From: Bdellovibrionales bacterium
Lineage (GTDB): Bacteria; Bdellovibrionota; Bdellovibrionia; Bdellovibrionales; UBA1609
Assembly (NCBI GenBank): GCA_965203095.1
Contig: OZ241877.1
Location: forward strand, 128,001 to 192,000
Reading direction: 5' to 3'
Length of the DNA stretch: 64,000 bases
Below are positions 20,147 to 30,021 of this stretch, piece by piece. Under the pieces are notes generated by a model. That model worked only from the letters and a program-made list of their open reading frames with translations. It made no database searches and had not been told where the DNA came from. Each line of letters begins with the position of its first letter. Position 1 is the stretch's first letter. Position numbers and translations under genes: made by a program.

Positions 20147-21274
20147 TTATAAACCCATTTCCATTTGAGTGGAGTCCGCAAAATCTTCCGCAAATGTTCT
20201 TTCTGTAGAGATATAAGGGTAAGGAATTTTAAATAAAGTTTTTATCATAGACTCAAAAAGAAGACAGGACATTTTTGGCGGGACAGCCATCCCAATCTGC
20301 CTTCTAACACTTCCAATATTCCCCTCAAAAACAAAATCATCAGGGAAGGTTTGAAGTCTGGCCCTTTCTCTGTTAGTCAAGGGGCGATCTTCCTTCCAAT
20401 GATAACCATAAGTCCCACCGCCTCCGCTCCCTGTGATCGTATAAGAGGGTTTATTTTCATCTAATCGTCTATATATATGGCTTAATCGAGTAGCAGAGTG
20501 AATCTTCAAATCCTCTGGCATGTCTGAGTTCCATATATTCTGCCATGGTTTTATATATCTCAGCCGCTCAACAACTTTACCAGAAACCTTTATAAAATCA
20601 TGGTTTCTTTCCGTAGGGCTTATTGGAGGTTGTTCCAAAGCAGTCTTTGCACTGACACAATTCCCAATATGGCTTGGCTGGGGAATGTTGAAAACCAAGT
20701 TCAAATCCCGCCTCACACCGGCAATAATAATCCTATGTCTCATTTGAGGGATACCGTATTCCTCAAACCGATATTTGTGAAATGTCAAATGATAGCCTTT
20801 TCCAGCACTTTGAAGATCATTTAGTATTTTGAGAAAAGCTTTTCCTTTATTTGCACTAAGAATACCTCCCACATTTTCTGCAAGAAAAGCTTTGGGGTTC
20901 CACTGCTTTAAAACCTCTATCCCGTATTTGTATAAAGGGCCGAATTTCCCTTTGACGCCTTTATGCTCTCCAACAATGCTGAAATCATTGCAGGGAAAGC
21001 CATAAGAAAAAATGTCAATAGGGCTTAAAGATCCTATATTTAGAGTTCTGACATCCTGATGGAGCACGAGGGCCAAAGAGGATACATTTTTTTTGTAAGT
21101 CAAGCAACTGTCTCTATCGGAGTCACAAGCCCATTCATGCTTGATTTTATAAATGTTCTTTTTGTCCTCCACAAGGGCTTTTTTAGCCCCTAAGCTCATG
21201 CCCCCTGGACCGCAAAACAGCTCCCCATATTTTAACTGAATTGTCTTTTTCATAGCTGGTTTCTTTATACCCAC
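20147..21274 (-). CDS. DNA (cytosine-5) methyltransferase
   Basis: ELFCGPGG, GFPCNDFS, AENV, QMRHR, RERARLQTFPD, QIGMAVPP motifs. Confidence 0.93.
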   Translation of the reverse strand: MGIKKPAMKKTIQLKYGELFCGPGGMSLGAKKALVEDKKNIYKIKHEWACDSDRDSCLTYKKNVSSLALVLHQDVRTLNIGSLSPIDIFSYGFPCNDFSIVGEHKGVKGKFGPLYKYGIEVLKQWNPKAFLAENVGGILSANKGKAFLKILNDLQSAGKGYHLTFHKYRFEEYGIPQMRHRIIIAGVRRDLNLVFNIPQPSHIGNCVSAKTALEQPPISPTERNHDFIKVSGKVVERLRYIKPWQNIWNSDMPEDLKIHSATRLSHIYRRLDENKPSYTITGSGGGGTYGYHWKEDRPLTNRERARLQTFPDDFVFEGNIGSVRRQIGMAVPPKMSCLLFESMIKTLFKIPYPYISTERTFAEDFADSTQMEMGL

Positions 21275-21426
21275 TTGATCTTAAGTTTTCAAGTGAGGGC
21301 TGTCAAATGGGTTTGAGAAGAACCTGATCATCTTCCTGTTTTTTTGGATGGGAGGGCTTTTTTTCAAGACGGGAGGACTGCTTTTCTTATCCTAATCCGA
21401 ATAGAAGTTTTTATAGCTAATACTCT

Positions 21427-22461
21427 TTAAAGCAAAAGGTTCTGCCTTTTTGCTTCCTCTAACAACTCGCTTTCCTTAACCGATTTTATAAAAACATCTC
21501 CTGGTTTTTTTATAAAGACAAAATCCAACCGATGATTTTCCCTATGTTTTTTATCTTGTTCGAGTTGTTTTTTAAATAAAGAGCGATTGATCTTAGGGGT
21601 AGATACTGAGGGGATAAGAGTTCGCATTTCCTCAAAAAATTTTTTGCTTATAAACTTTTTTTGAAAACTCCAATTTAAACTAAAAATAAGCCCTCTTAAA
21701 ACGGCTGAACCGTGGGAGAGCTTAGGGCAAAGGGACTCCAAAACATGACCTACAGTATGCCCCAAGTTGAGTTTAGCCCTCAAACCTTGTTTTTCAAAAG
21801 GATCTTGCCGGACGATTTTCATTTTGGCCTGAATGGCTAAAGGGATAAAATGTTCTATCCCCATAAAAGAATCTGCTTTTAGTTTTTTATAAAATCTCCC
21901 TCCCTCAATAAAAGCTATTTTTAAAAGCTCTGCTCTTGCCGACTCTATAAGATGCGGTGGGTTTTGTTTCAACAAACTTTTAACTATAAAAACCGCTTGA
22001 GGGAAATGCCATCCCCCCAAAAGATTTTTTGTATTTTGAAAGTTAATGGCCGTCTTTCCCCCATGGGCCGAATCTATGGCAGAAAGCCATGTCGTGGGGA
22101 AATGAATTACCGGGAGCCCCCTCTTGTAAATCAAAGCCAAAAAGCCAGTGAGATCTATAATGCTCCCACCACCAAAGCTTATAAAAAGTAGTGAACTTCG
22201 GTCAAAATCCCGATTCAAAGATAAAATTTTTTTGATATGTGAGGGAAGATTCTCTAAACTTTTACTTTTTTCCCCAGGACTCAAATAGTAAAACTTAATT
22301 GAGCTTTGCCTCCATCTGTTGAGTGAGGGGTGAGACTTAAACCTCTTGTCACAAAAAACCAAAGCTTGCTTTATCGGAAGTCCCCCAACACGCAGGACTT
22401 TTTGTAAAGGAGGTATATTATTATAAAAAAAAACAGGGTTTAAGGTTTGAGGCCCTTTCAT
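21427..22461 (-). CDS. aroB: 3-dehydroquinate synthase
   Basis: GEKSKS, GGGSIIDLTGF, PTTWLSAIDSAHGGKT, LNLGHT motifs. Confidence 0.9.
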   Translation of the reverse strand: MKGPQTLNPVFFYNNIPPLQKVLRVGGLPIKQALVFCDKRFKSHPSLNRWRQSSIKFYYLSPGEKSKSLENLPSHIKKILSLNRDFDRSSLLFISFGGGSIIDLTGFLALIYKRGLPVIHFPTTWLSAIDSAHGGKTAINFQNTKNLLGGWHFPQAVFIVKSLLKQNPPHLIESARAELLKIAFIEGGRFYKKLKADSFMGIEHFIPLAIQAKMKIVRQDPFEKQGLRAKLNLGHTVGHVLESLCPKLSHGSAVLRGLIFSLNWSFQKKFISKKFFEEMRTLIPSVSTPKINRSLFKKQLEQDKKHRENHRLDFVFIKKPGDVFIKSVKESELLEEAKRQNLLL

Positions 22462-23708
22462 TCATCAACCCCTATGTCTTTTCTATAGTGCAAACCCTGC
22501 CAAGAGATCTTTTCTGCATGCTGGTAAGCCCTTTTGAGGGCTGATTCTTGAGAATCTCCCACAGCTACAGCACTTAAAACTCTGCCCCCTTTATTCATCC
22601 ATTGGCCCTCTCTTCGAGTTAAAGCACCATGGATAAACCAGCTGTTTTCTGTCTTATAGTAAATTGAACCTTTTATAGGACGGGAGGGAATAGGGCCTTC
22701 AGGGTAATTTTCAGCACACAAAACCACACAGGCAGAGCATAGCTTTTTCCATTTCAGTTGAGGTAAATGATTAGAGGCCACTTGATAAAATAGATCTGCC
22801 CAAGAGCCGTCCAACAAAGGGAGCAAAACTTGAGCTTCTGGATCCCCTAACCGGACATTGTATTCTAAAACCTTAGGAATATTTTTGTTAATCATCAAGC
22901 CCAAATACAAAACACCATTATAGCTTAAGCCTCTTTTTTTTAAACCTTTGAGCGTGGCTTTTATGACTGTGTTTTCAATTCGCTCAACTAAATCAGAAGG
23001 CAAGGCTTGAGGGGCCACTGCCCCCATTCCTCCCGTATTAGGCCCTTTTTGCCCTTCATAAAGCCTTTTATAATCTTTAGCCACAGGGAGAGACTGATAA
23101 GATTCTCCATTACTGATTATAAAAAATGAAAGCTCTTTTCCAGATTGAAAATCCTCTAAAAGAGCTCGTTTTCCGGCAGAACCTAAGCCTTGTTTTTCAA
23201 ACAGGAAATAAGCTCTCTCCTCAAGCTGGGATCGATTTTCACATATAAAAACCCCTTTGCCTCCGGCCAAGCCATCCGCTTTCAAAACGAAAGGGGGAAA
23301 AAAACTTTCCATAGCCTGCAAAGTTTCAGAAACAGAGGACACCACACGATAAGAAGCCGTAGGGATCCCCTGCTCCTTCATAAATTGTTTTGCAAAAATT
23401 TTGCTGGCCTCCAACTGAGCTGACCCAGCCCCAGGGCCAAAAACTTTTAAACCTTTTTTCTTAAGAAAATCAGATAAACCCTCAGCCAAAGGTTTTTCCG
23501 GCCCTATCACTACCAGATCCACTTCTTCCTTTTTTAACCGGAGGGACAAAGCCTCCCGATCATTTAAAAGCTCAGGGGGTAGCCCCACAGTCTCTCGCAA
23601 ACTGCTTCTTTCTGGAAGGCTATAAACTGCACTTACTTTTTTATCCTCTACCAAAGCTTTAACTATGGCGTGCTCCCTCCCTCCCTCTCCTACAACTAAA
23701 ATTTTCAT
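22458..23708 (-). CDS. purD: Phosphoribosylamine-glycine ligase
   Basis: GGREHA, VIGPE, KADGLAGGKGV, GPNTGGMGA, EYNVRLGDPE motifs. Confidence 0.95.
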   Translation of the reverse strand: MKILVVGEGGREHAIVKALVEDKKVSAVYSLPERSSLRETVGLPPELLNDREALSLRLKKEEVDLVVIGPEKPLAEGLSDFLKKKGLKVFGPGAGSAQLEASKIFAKQFMKEQGIPTASYRVVSSVSETLQAMESFFPPFVLKADGLAGGKGVFICENRSQLEERAYFLFEKQGLGSAGKRALLEDFQSGKELSFFIISNGESYQSLPVAKDYKRLYEGQKGPNTGGMGAVAPQALPSDLVERIENTVIKATLKGLKKRGLSYNGVLYLGLMINKNIPKVLEYNVRLGDPEAQVLLPLLDGSWADLFYQVASNHLPQLKWKKLCSACVVLCAENYPEGPIPSRPIKGSIYYKTENSWFIHGALTRREGQWMNKGGRVLSAVAVGDSQESALKRAYQHAEKISWQGLHYRKDIGVDE

Positions 23709-23714
23709 TGTTCA

Positions 23715-23743
23715 ATTATACCTTTATGTTGGATTTTAAGCAA
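23715..23743 (-). promoter_or_regulatory. sigma70-like promoter of purD (leaderless geometry)
   Basis: TTGCTT-N17-TATAAT, then 6 nt to ATG; no SD. Confidence 0.6.
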
Positions 23744-23949
23744 GACTTTTTCCAGCTTGTTCCCGGAAAAGATACCTTGGACCCTCATGGAATGGCTTTG
23801 GGCAAAAGAAGTTTAAAGGATAGTTTTTGGCTATGGCTACACCTGATATTTCAGTTGGTCTGAGTATAACTCTCTATGAAAAAGCTACATTTATATGGAT
23901 GGCATAAACAAAAATCCAACTTGTTCCCGGGGGACTAAAATAGAACCTA

Positions 23950-24354
23950 TCAAGGGAGAAAAAGATCTTTGGGCCTGTGGGAAGGCCAAACAAAATCTTT
24001 TTTCCCAAAAAATATATATCTTCTTTTAGCAATGAATCGATAAAAAACATTAAAAAACCAAGAAGGGATAAAAGATAAAACCCAACCGTAGCGAGGGTAA
24101 AGTGTCTGAAAAATATTTTTTATGGCCAAACTCTCTTTTAAAACAATGCCCTTTTTTAAAAGGATGATGGATTTTAAATCCTCTTGATCCTCTTTTTTTA
24201 AATGGAGTTGGGCCGTCGAGCCTTGTAAAGGGGCATATAAAAAATAGCTTTGCCTATCCCTTTTAAAAACAAAATGAATAAATCGGCCACAAAGGCCACA
24301 CTGGCCATCAAAAAAAATGATATAGGATTCCCTTATCACCAAACTTTTTTCCAC
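23950..24354 (-). CDS. DCC1-like thiol-disulfide oxidoreductase (DUF393)
   Basis: FFDGQCGLC, YRFIAKRRYIFFG motifs. Confidence 0.8.
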   Translation of the reverse strand: MEKSLVIRESYIIFFDGQCGLCGRFIHFVFKRDRQSYFLYAPLQGSTAQLHLKKEDQEDLKSIILLKKGIVLKESLAIKNIFQTLYPRYGWVLSFIPSWFFNVFYRFIAKRRYIFFGKKDFVWPSHRPKDLFLP

Positions 24355-25841
24355 TGGTTTAAAAATCGATTCTGCTTAAAGCCCAAAGAAATCCTTTTTG
24401 TGGCAGGCCACTTTCCCTTTTTAAAAAAATGAATGCAGTCTTCAACAGACAGTGCCTCTGTAGGGGCTGATTTCACTGGAAGAACTTTTTGTGTCATACC
24501 TTTAAAATTAACAAAAGATCCCGTCTTTTCAAAAAAGGATTTCATAGGGATTTGAAAAAAATTCTCCTTAGCTGGCAAAAAAGGATTCCCGGCAAGGCTC
24601 ATCCAAACCAATCGTTCACATTGTGAGAAAAGTTTTGTCTTCTCCTCCATATCTAAGAAAAAATGAAAAAATTCCGGACCCAAAACAAAAAGAAGTGGGA
24701 TATTCTTCTTATTTTTTTCAAACTCTGTAAAAGGCTTTATTTTGGGAAAAATTTTTTTTAAACCCTTAGTGTTGGGGTTTTTATCCCCTCTCAAAAGGAG
24801 GCCATCAAAATCATTCAAAGTTTTTTTATTAGAAATCCAGTGGTAAAAAGAGCTTTTCGGGAAAAAATCCAAAAGAGCCTGATACTCCTCATTGCTGTAT
24901 TGCCCGGTGAGGACAAAGTCTGGACTTAGTTCCTCTAATAAAACTTTAATTTCCTTAAGTGCTCTTTCTGTTTTTAAACGAATCCATCGGGAGTTCTCTC
25001 CCTTTAAAGCCGATCTTATTTTTTTGTTAGCACTTTTATAAAGAGGGCGACCTTTATCACACATCCAATGGCCGTTGATCTCTTTGTTAAAGCGAGGGCG
25101 AACCCGAAAAAGCCCCTCCTCATTGTAATCCACATCAGTATTGCAGGCTGTGGAACAGCCCGGACAGACAGAGGGGGCCGTTTTAAGATACCAAACCCTT
25201 TGCCGGAAACGAAAGTCCTTATGAGTGAGAGCACCCACAGGGCAAATATCCACTGTGTTTATGGAGTAATTATTGTCCAAGGGACGATCTTGAAAAACAC
25301 CAATCTCGCTTCGATCCCCTCGGTTAAAAATTCCTAACTCATGGGTCCGGCTCACCTCATCAGTAAAGCGAACACACCTTGAGCACAAAATGCATCTTTC
25401 TGTATCTAAAACAATTTTAGGGCCTAAATCCACTACTTTTCGTTTTTTGACTTTTGCTTCTGCCATAGAGGAATCATAAGAGCCAAACTTCATATACTGA
25501 TCCTGCAAATCGCACTCGCCAGCCTGATCGCATATAGGGCAATCTAAAGGATGATTGATGAGATGATACTCCAAACCCCAACGAACGGCCTCTTTCACTT
25601 TTTCCGATTGATTGCTAACCCTCATGCCTTCTTGAACTTTGGTGTTGCAGGCAATCGATAGTTTGGAATCCCCTTCAATTTCCACCATACAAAGGCGACA
25701 AACACCCGCTGAACTGAGCCCCGGATGCCAACAGTAGTGACTTATCTCTTGAGCTTGTTTTTTAAAAGCTTCAATGACAAGAGAACCCTCAGGAACTTTT
25801 GTTTCCTGTCCGTTAATTGAGCATTGGATTTGACGAGGCAT
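24336..25841 (-). CDS. nuoG: NADH-quinone oxidoreductase subunit G (short form)
   Basis: HYCWHP..CRLC, NHPLDCPICDQAGECDLQ, RCILCSRC, ICPVGAL motifs. Confidence 0.88.
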   Translation of the reverse strand: MPRQIQCSINGQETKVPEGSLVIEAFKKQAQEISHYCWHPGLSSAGVCRLCMVEIEGDSKLSIACNTKVQEGMRVSNQSEKVKEAVRWGLEYHLINHPLDCPICDQAGECDLQDQYMKFGSYDSSMAEAKVKKRKVVDLGPKIVLDTERCILCSRCVRFTDEVSRTHELGIFNRGDRSEIGVFQDRPLDNNYSINTVDICPVGALTHKDFRFRQRVWYLKTAPSVCPGCSTACNTDVDYNEEGLFRVRPRFNKEINGHWMCDKGRPLYKSANKKIRSALKGENSRWIRLKTERALKEIKVLLEELSPDFVLTGQYSNEEYQALLDFFPKSSFYHWISNKKTLNDFDGLLLRGDKNPNTKGLKKIFPKIKPFTEFEKNKKNIPLLFVLGPEFFHFFLDMEEKTKLFSQCERLVWMSLAGNPFLPAKENFFQIPMKSFFEKTGSFVNFKGMTQKVLPVKSAPTEALSVEDCIHFFKKGKWPATKRISLGFKQNRFLNQWKKVW

Positions 25842-25855
25842 AATATCTCCTTCCC

Positions 25856-27127
25856 TCAAAGCTTACCAACAGCTGAGGAATATTCTCCGTAAAGCCTTTG
25901 TTCAAACTCTTCCCGAAACTTTGTCACAAAACTAATAGCTGGCATGGCCGCGGCGTCAGATAGAGCACATATTGTTCGCCCCATCATATTTTCTGAAATC
26001 CTTTGGATGAGCTTCCAATCCCCCATAGAGCCTTCCCCACTACAAACTTTTTTTAAAATTTTAGCCAACCAGCCCGTCCCCTCCCGACAAGGCGAACACT
26101 GGCCACAAGATTCATGGTGATAAAAATCCAATATGATGGATAAAATATTCATCATATTTCGAGAATCATCCATAACAATTACAGCCCCTGAGCCTAAAAA
26201 AGTCCCTAACTCATTTAAAGATTCATAATCCAATTGGGATTTTTCCGCCTCTTGGGCTGTTAAAACCGGAACTGAAGAACCTCCAGGAATCACTGCTTTT
26301 AAAACCCGGCCTGGGCGAAAACCTCCTCCTAAATTGTAAATCAGATCCATTAAAGGATAACCCAAAGGCAATTCATAATTCCCTGGCTTTAAAATATCCC
26401 CACTGAGAGAAAAAATTTTAGTTCCTGGTGATTTTTCTGTCCCAAGAGATCGGTAAGCCTTGGCACCATCCCGAATAATAGGCACCACTGCCGATAAAGT
26501 CTCCACATTGTTGACAATAGTGGGACAAGACAAATAGCCCTGAACTGCTGGGAAGGGGGGCTTGAGCTTGGGTTGCCCCTTTTTCCCCTCTAAGGAGGAG
26601 ATCATACCCGTTTCCTCCCCACAAATATAAGCCCCAGCCCCTAAGTAAATATCCATTTCATGCGAAAAAGAAGAACCCATAACTCTCTTGCCTATCAGAC
26701 CTTTTTCACGGGCTGTCTTTAAGGCCTTGAGCAAAGTTTTATAGGCGACTTGATACTCCCCTCGGATGTAGATATAAGATTTATGAGACTGGATGGCGTA
26801 AGCGGATATCAACATACCCTCTATGAGCTGGTGGGGGGCCCGTTCCATCATCATGCGGTCTTTAAAAGTCCCCGGTTCCCCTTCATCCGCATTGCAAAGG
26901 AGATAGCGTGGTTCTTTATTGTCCGGCAAAAAAGACCACTTAAGCCCGGTAGGAAAACCAGCACCACCTCGGCCCCTTAAACCGGATTTTTTAACTTCCG
27001 CAACAATTGCTTCTGGTTTTTGAGAGAGAGCTTTTTTTAAAGTCTGATAGCCTCCTCTCTCCTGATAGCCGGAGAGGCTTTTGTATTTGTCACGATGATA
27101 ATGCTCTGTTAAAAGCTTATGCTCCAT
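25856..27127 (-). CDS. nuoF: NADH-quinone oxidoreductase subunit F
   Basis: GRGGAGFPTG, NADEGEPG, GAYICGEET, ESCGQCSPCREG motifs. Confidence 0.95.
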   Translation of the reverse strand: MEHKLLTEHYHRDKYKSLSGYQERGGYQTLKKALSQKPEAIVAEVKKSGLRGRGGAGFPTGLKWSFLPDNKEPRYLLCNADEGEPGTFKDRMMMERAPHQLIEGMLISAYAIQSHKSYIYIRGEYQVAYKTLLKALKTAREKGLIGKRVMGSSFSHEMDIYLGAGAYICGEETGMISSLEGKKGQPKLKPPFPAVQGYLSCPTIVNNVETLSAVVPIIRDGAKAYRSLGTEKSPGTKIFSLSGDILKPGNYELPLGYPLMDLIYNLGGGFRPGRVLKAVIPGGSSVPVLTAQEAEKSQLDYESLNELGTFLGSGAVIVMDDSRNMMNILSIILDFYHHESCGQCSPCREGTGWLAKILKKVCSGEGSMGDWKLIQRISENMMGRTICALSDAAAMPAISFVTKFREEFEQRLYGEYSSAVGKL

Positions 27128-27230
27128 TATTCTTCCTCTCAAGAATTACAAGTAAAAGCTTCCCTTTTAAATAAAATGTTTTGCCCCCGCCATAAACAAA
27201 GTTTCATACCCTTTGCTACCTAACAAATCT

Positions 27231-27758
27231 TTACATGCCGTTTTTAACTGACCTGGCTTTGGATTTTAAAAACTGAATGGCCTTTTCTCCTTTAAGCTTG
27301 CCCACATACTCTTCGTTGATCTGAATCACAGGGGCTTCATCACAAGCTCCTAAACACTCCACTTTAGAGATAGTCCAGTTCCCACAGGGGCTTATCTCCC
27401 CTTCTTTCAGGTGAAAAGCCTTGCAGAGATCTTTTATCAACTGCCGACTCCCTTGCAAAGCACAAGACACATTCCCACAAACCTGAACATGAAACTTCCC
27501 CACTGGCTTTTTATTAAACAAAGTATAAAACATTAAAACCTCGTAAATAGGGGCTGGAGGAATCCCCGTCTCCTCACTTAACCAAAGAACAGCTGTGGGA
27601 GAGATCCAACCCTTCTCCTTTTGAATTTGCCAAAGGCAAGGGATGAGGCAAGAGGCTTTAGTCTCATAACGGTGGATCTCTTTTTTGATAAGCTCCCTCC
27701 CCTCTTGAGAAAGGGAAAAGTCTTTTTTATCAGAAGAGGCCAAAGGCAAGACATTCAC
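27231..27758 (-). CDS. nuoE: NADH-quinone oxidoreductase subunit E
   Basis: VCGNVSC, ECLGACDEAP motifs. Confidence 0.92.
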   Translation of the reverse strand: MNVLPLASSDKKDFSLSQEGRELIKKEIHRYETKASCLIPCLWQIQKEKGWISPTAVLWLSEETGIPPAPIYEVLMFYTLFNKKPVGKFHVQVCGNVSCALQGSRQLIKDLCKAFHLKEGEISPCGNWTISKVECLGACDEAPVIQINEEYVGKLKGEKAIQFLKSKARSVKNGM

Positions 27759-27949
27759 TCCCGTTTTTTTAAGAAACCAGATTTATTTATACAATCCCCT
27801 TTTAAAAATGGCAAGAGAATTAGTCAGTCCTGAAAAAGCCTGCCAAAAAAAACTATTCTTTAGTTTATTTGTCCAAAGGTCACAGCACTTCGCGGGAAAA
27901 ATACCTTGGCCCATCAACACAGGTCTTTGAGTAAAAGTCATTGAAAAGC

Positions 27950-28047
27950 CTACATTTAATGGATCGCACAAGCAAAAGGTCCAGCTTGTTCGGGACGGCA
28001 ATACCTTGGACCCTCACCGCTGGCTTTTGCTTGTGCGATAAAGAACA
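27950..28047 (-). repeat. Dispersed hairpin element (type C arms), inverted copy of 63751-63848
   Basis: 27-nt core at 27989-28015 inside arms atcgcacaagcaaaag / cttttgcttgtgcgat. Confidence 0.85.
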
Positions 28048-28055
28048 AAGCTTTT

Positions 28056-28913
28056 TTAAAAGGCAAAGCCAATCCATCCAGAAACTGTGGGAAAGATCCA
28101 TCCCTTTTGTTTTAAAAATTTTTGAAAACCTTTTTTTTGACTCTCGTTCAATGCCTGGTTAGCAGTGAGTGAGGTTTCAGATAAAATATGACTAAGCAAA
28201 ATTTTAATCAGGCCCACCTCAATATTCAATTTGATTCTCTCAAAAGGAATTTGATAACCAATATGAGCCGTCACATTATAAGTATTGGTTTTTACAGAGT
28301 ATCTTGCTGTTTCGTCAAAACGACCCTGACTTATGATTTTGCTCAGTTGGCCACCAGACAACTCCCCTTTGCCATAGAGAATACGAGAAACCCCTGCCTC
28401 TATATAAGGCCCCCCACCGGATTCTTCTAAATAAGGGGTCCAGGCCAGGCGAAAATCAATATACATAGAATTTTCAAAAGCACTCGCTATAACTTTAGCC
28501 TCCTCCTCACTCAACCAACCCACAGAGGGAGACAGACTCTCAAAAGAATCCAAAAAAAAGTCCGGCATAAAACTAAGCCCTAAACGAGCGTAAAAACTAT
28601 TGGTGAGAAGATATTTTAAATGAAGGCCGAAATTGAGAGGATATTCCAAGCCAAACTCTAAAACACTGTTGTATCTTATGCCTTCTATGGAAGAAATCCT
28701 TTCATTTTCAAAAGAAAAGCCTTCTTCTTCTGATTGATAAGACAATTCCCTATCCTCCTCTTCTTCTAACAATGAAGTCTCAGAGGATGGCGGAACAGGC
28801 CCTTCCGGCCCCTCTTCTGACATCAAGCTTTTCGCAGGCTGAGGCGGAACAAACTCTTCCCCCTCTGCCCAACTCAAAAAACAAAAAATTAAAAAAAATA
28901 AAATAGTCTTCAT
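28056..28913 (-). CDS. Exported protein, probable outer-membrane beta-barrel
   Basis: Signal peptide, amphipathic strands, C-terminal WIGFAF. Confidence 0.6.
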   Translation of the reverse strand: MKTILFFLIFCFLSWAEGEEFVPPQPAKSLMSEEGPEGPVPPSSETSLLEEEEDRELSYQSEEEGFSFENERISSIEGIRYNSVLEFGLEYPLNFGLHLKYLLTNSFYARLGLSFMPDFFLDSFESLSPSVGWLSEEEAKVIASAFENSMYIDFRLAWTPYLEESGGGPYIEAGVSRILYGKGELSGGQLSKIISQGRFDETARYSVKTNTYNVTAHIGYQIPFERIKLNIEVGLIKILLSHILSETSLTANQALNESQKKGFQKFLKQKGWIFPTVSGWIGFAF

Positions 28914-29226
28914 AATTTCTTTCCTTTATTTTACAAAATTAAAGGATTCTCTAAGCCAAGAATCCTTAAGAAAACAAGCCTTTAAAATGAATAGTTTTTA
29001 CTTTTTGTCAATAAAATGCATTTTCAAATAAAATCGCATATTTCTTTAAAAATGGAGTTTTTTTGATAAGAAAAAGCTTTTTTTAAAAAAATGACAAAAA
29101 AAGGCAAGAAAAGGCTAAATTTTTAAGGGTTTTTAGCCTGTTTTAAGCCTCTTCTTTTTCAGCTTTAAGCGAATGAATTTTTTTCTCAAAATTTTTAAAC
29201 AAAAGCCAGGATAAGTCACCATAAAC

Positions 29227-30012
29227 TTAGCCTTTTGTTAAGAAATAAAGCCTGACAAAATCCTCAGGTGCAATTTGTTCTGCACGAATGGACTCCGGAA
29301 GATCCAGTTTTTTGAGAGTTTCCTTAGCCTTCTCTTTAAACCCGGGGAACAGTTGTTTAAAAAACATTTTTCTTCTAAAGGCAAAACACTGCTTGAGGAA
29401 TGGCAAAAACATATCCACTGGCAGGGGCTTTTTTCTTTTTTTAATTTGAAACTCTAAAACTGTTCCATCCACTTGAGGACGAGGATAAAAATTGGTTTGA
29501 GAAACATTCATTACCCGCCGGACATTCCAAAAAACTTGAGACATGACAGAAAGCAGGCCATAGCTTTTACTATAGGGGAGAGATAACAAATTGTCGGCCA
29601 ACTCCTTTTGTGTCATGAAAAGCATAGTGAAAATCCGCTCTTTCTGCCGGCAAGCTTTAATGAGCAATGGGCCTGTGATTTCATAAGGCAAATTACCAAA
29701 AATGGTAAATTTTTGAGGTAGCTGGGCCCAGTTAAATTTTAAAATATCTGCACAAAAAACAGTCCAACCCGCCTCTTTCCAATAACGAGCCAATTTTTTG
29801 TCCCTCTCCACAAGGCTCACCTGCTCTTTTTTAAAATGTCGGGTAAGAGCACCGGCCCCAGGCCCTATCTCTACAAAAGGGAGAGGATGAGTCTGAACTC
29901 TATCCACAATTTTTTGAATGATTCTGGGATTGATTAAAAAATTTTGCCCCATTTTTTTAACAGGGAAAAGCTTCTCCTGCTGTAAAAAAAAATGTGTCTG
30001 TTTTTTATTCAC
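29227..30012 (-). CDS. rsmA: 16S rRNA m6,2A dimethyltransferase
   Basis: GQNFL, EIGPGAGALT, GNLPYEIT, FYPRPQVD, RAEQ motifs. Confidence 0.92.
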   Translation of the reverse strand: MNKKQTHFFLQQEKLFPVKKMGQNFLINPRIIQKIVDRVQTHPLPFVEIGPGAGALTRHFKKEQVSLVERDKKLARYWKEAGWTVFCADILKFNWAQLPQKFTIFGNLPYEITGPLLIKACRQKERIFTMLFMTQKELADNLLSLPYSKSYGLLSVMSQVFWNVRRVMNVSQTNFYPRPQVDGTVLEFQIKKRKKPLPVDMFLPFLKQCFAFRRKMFFKQLFPGFKEKAKETLKKLDLPESIRAEQIAPEDFVRLYFLTKG

Positions 30013-30021
30013 TCCATTATT

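Noticed and set aside
27783..28162. Short ORFs here and at 15299-15646, 53682-53966 and 63733-63963
   Set aside because: Translations of non-coding repeat elements.
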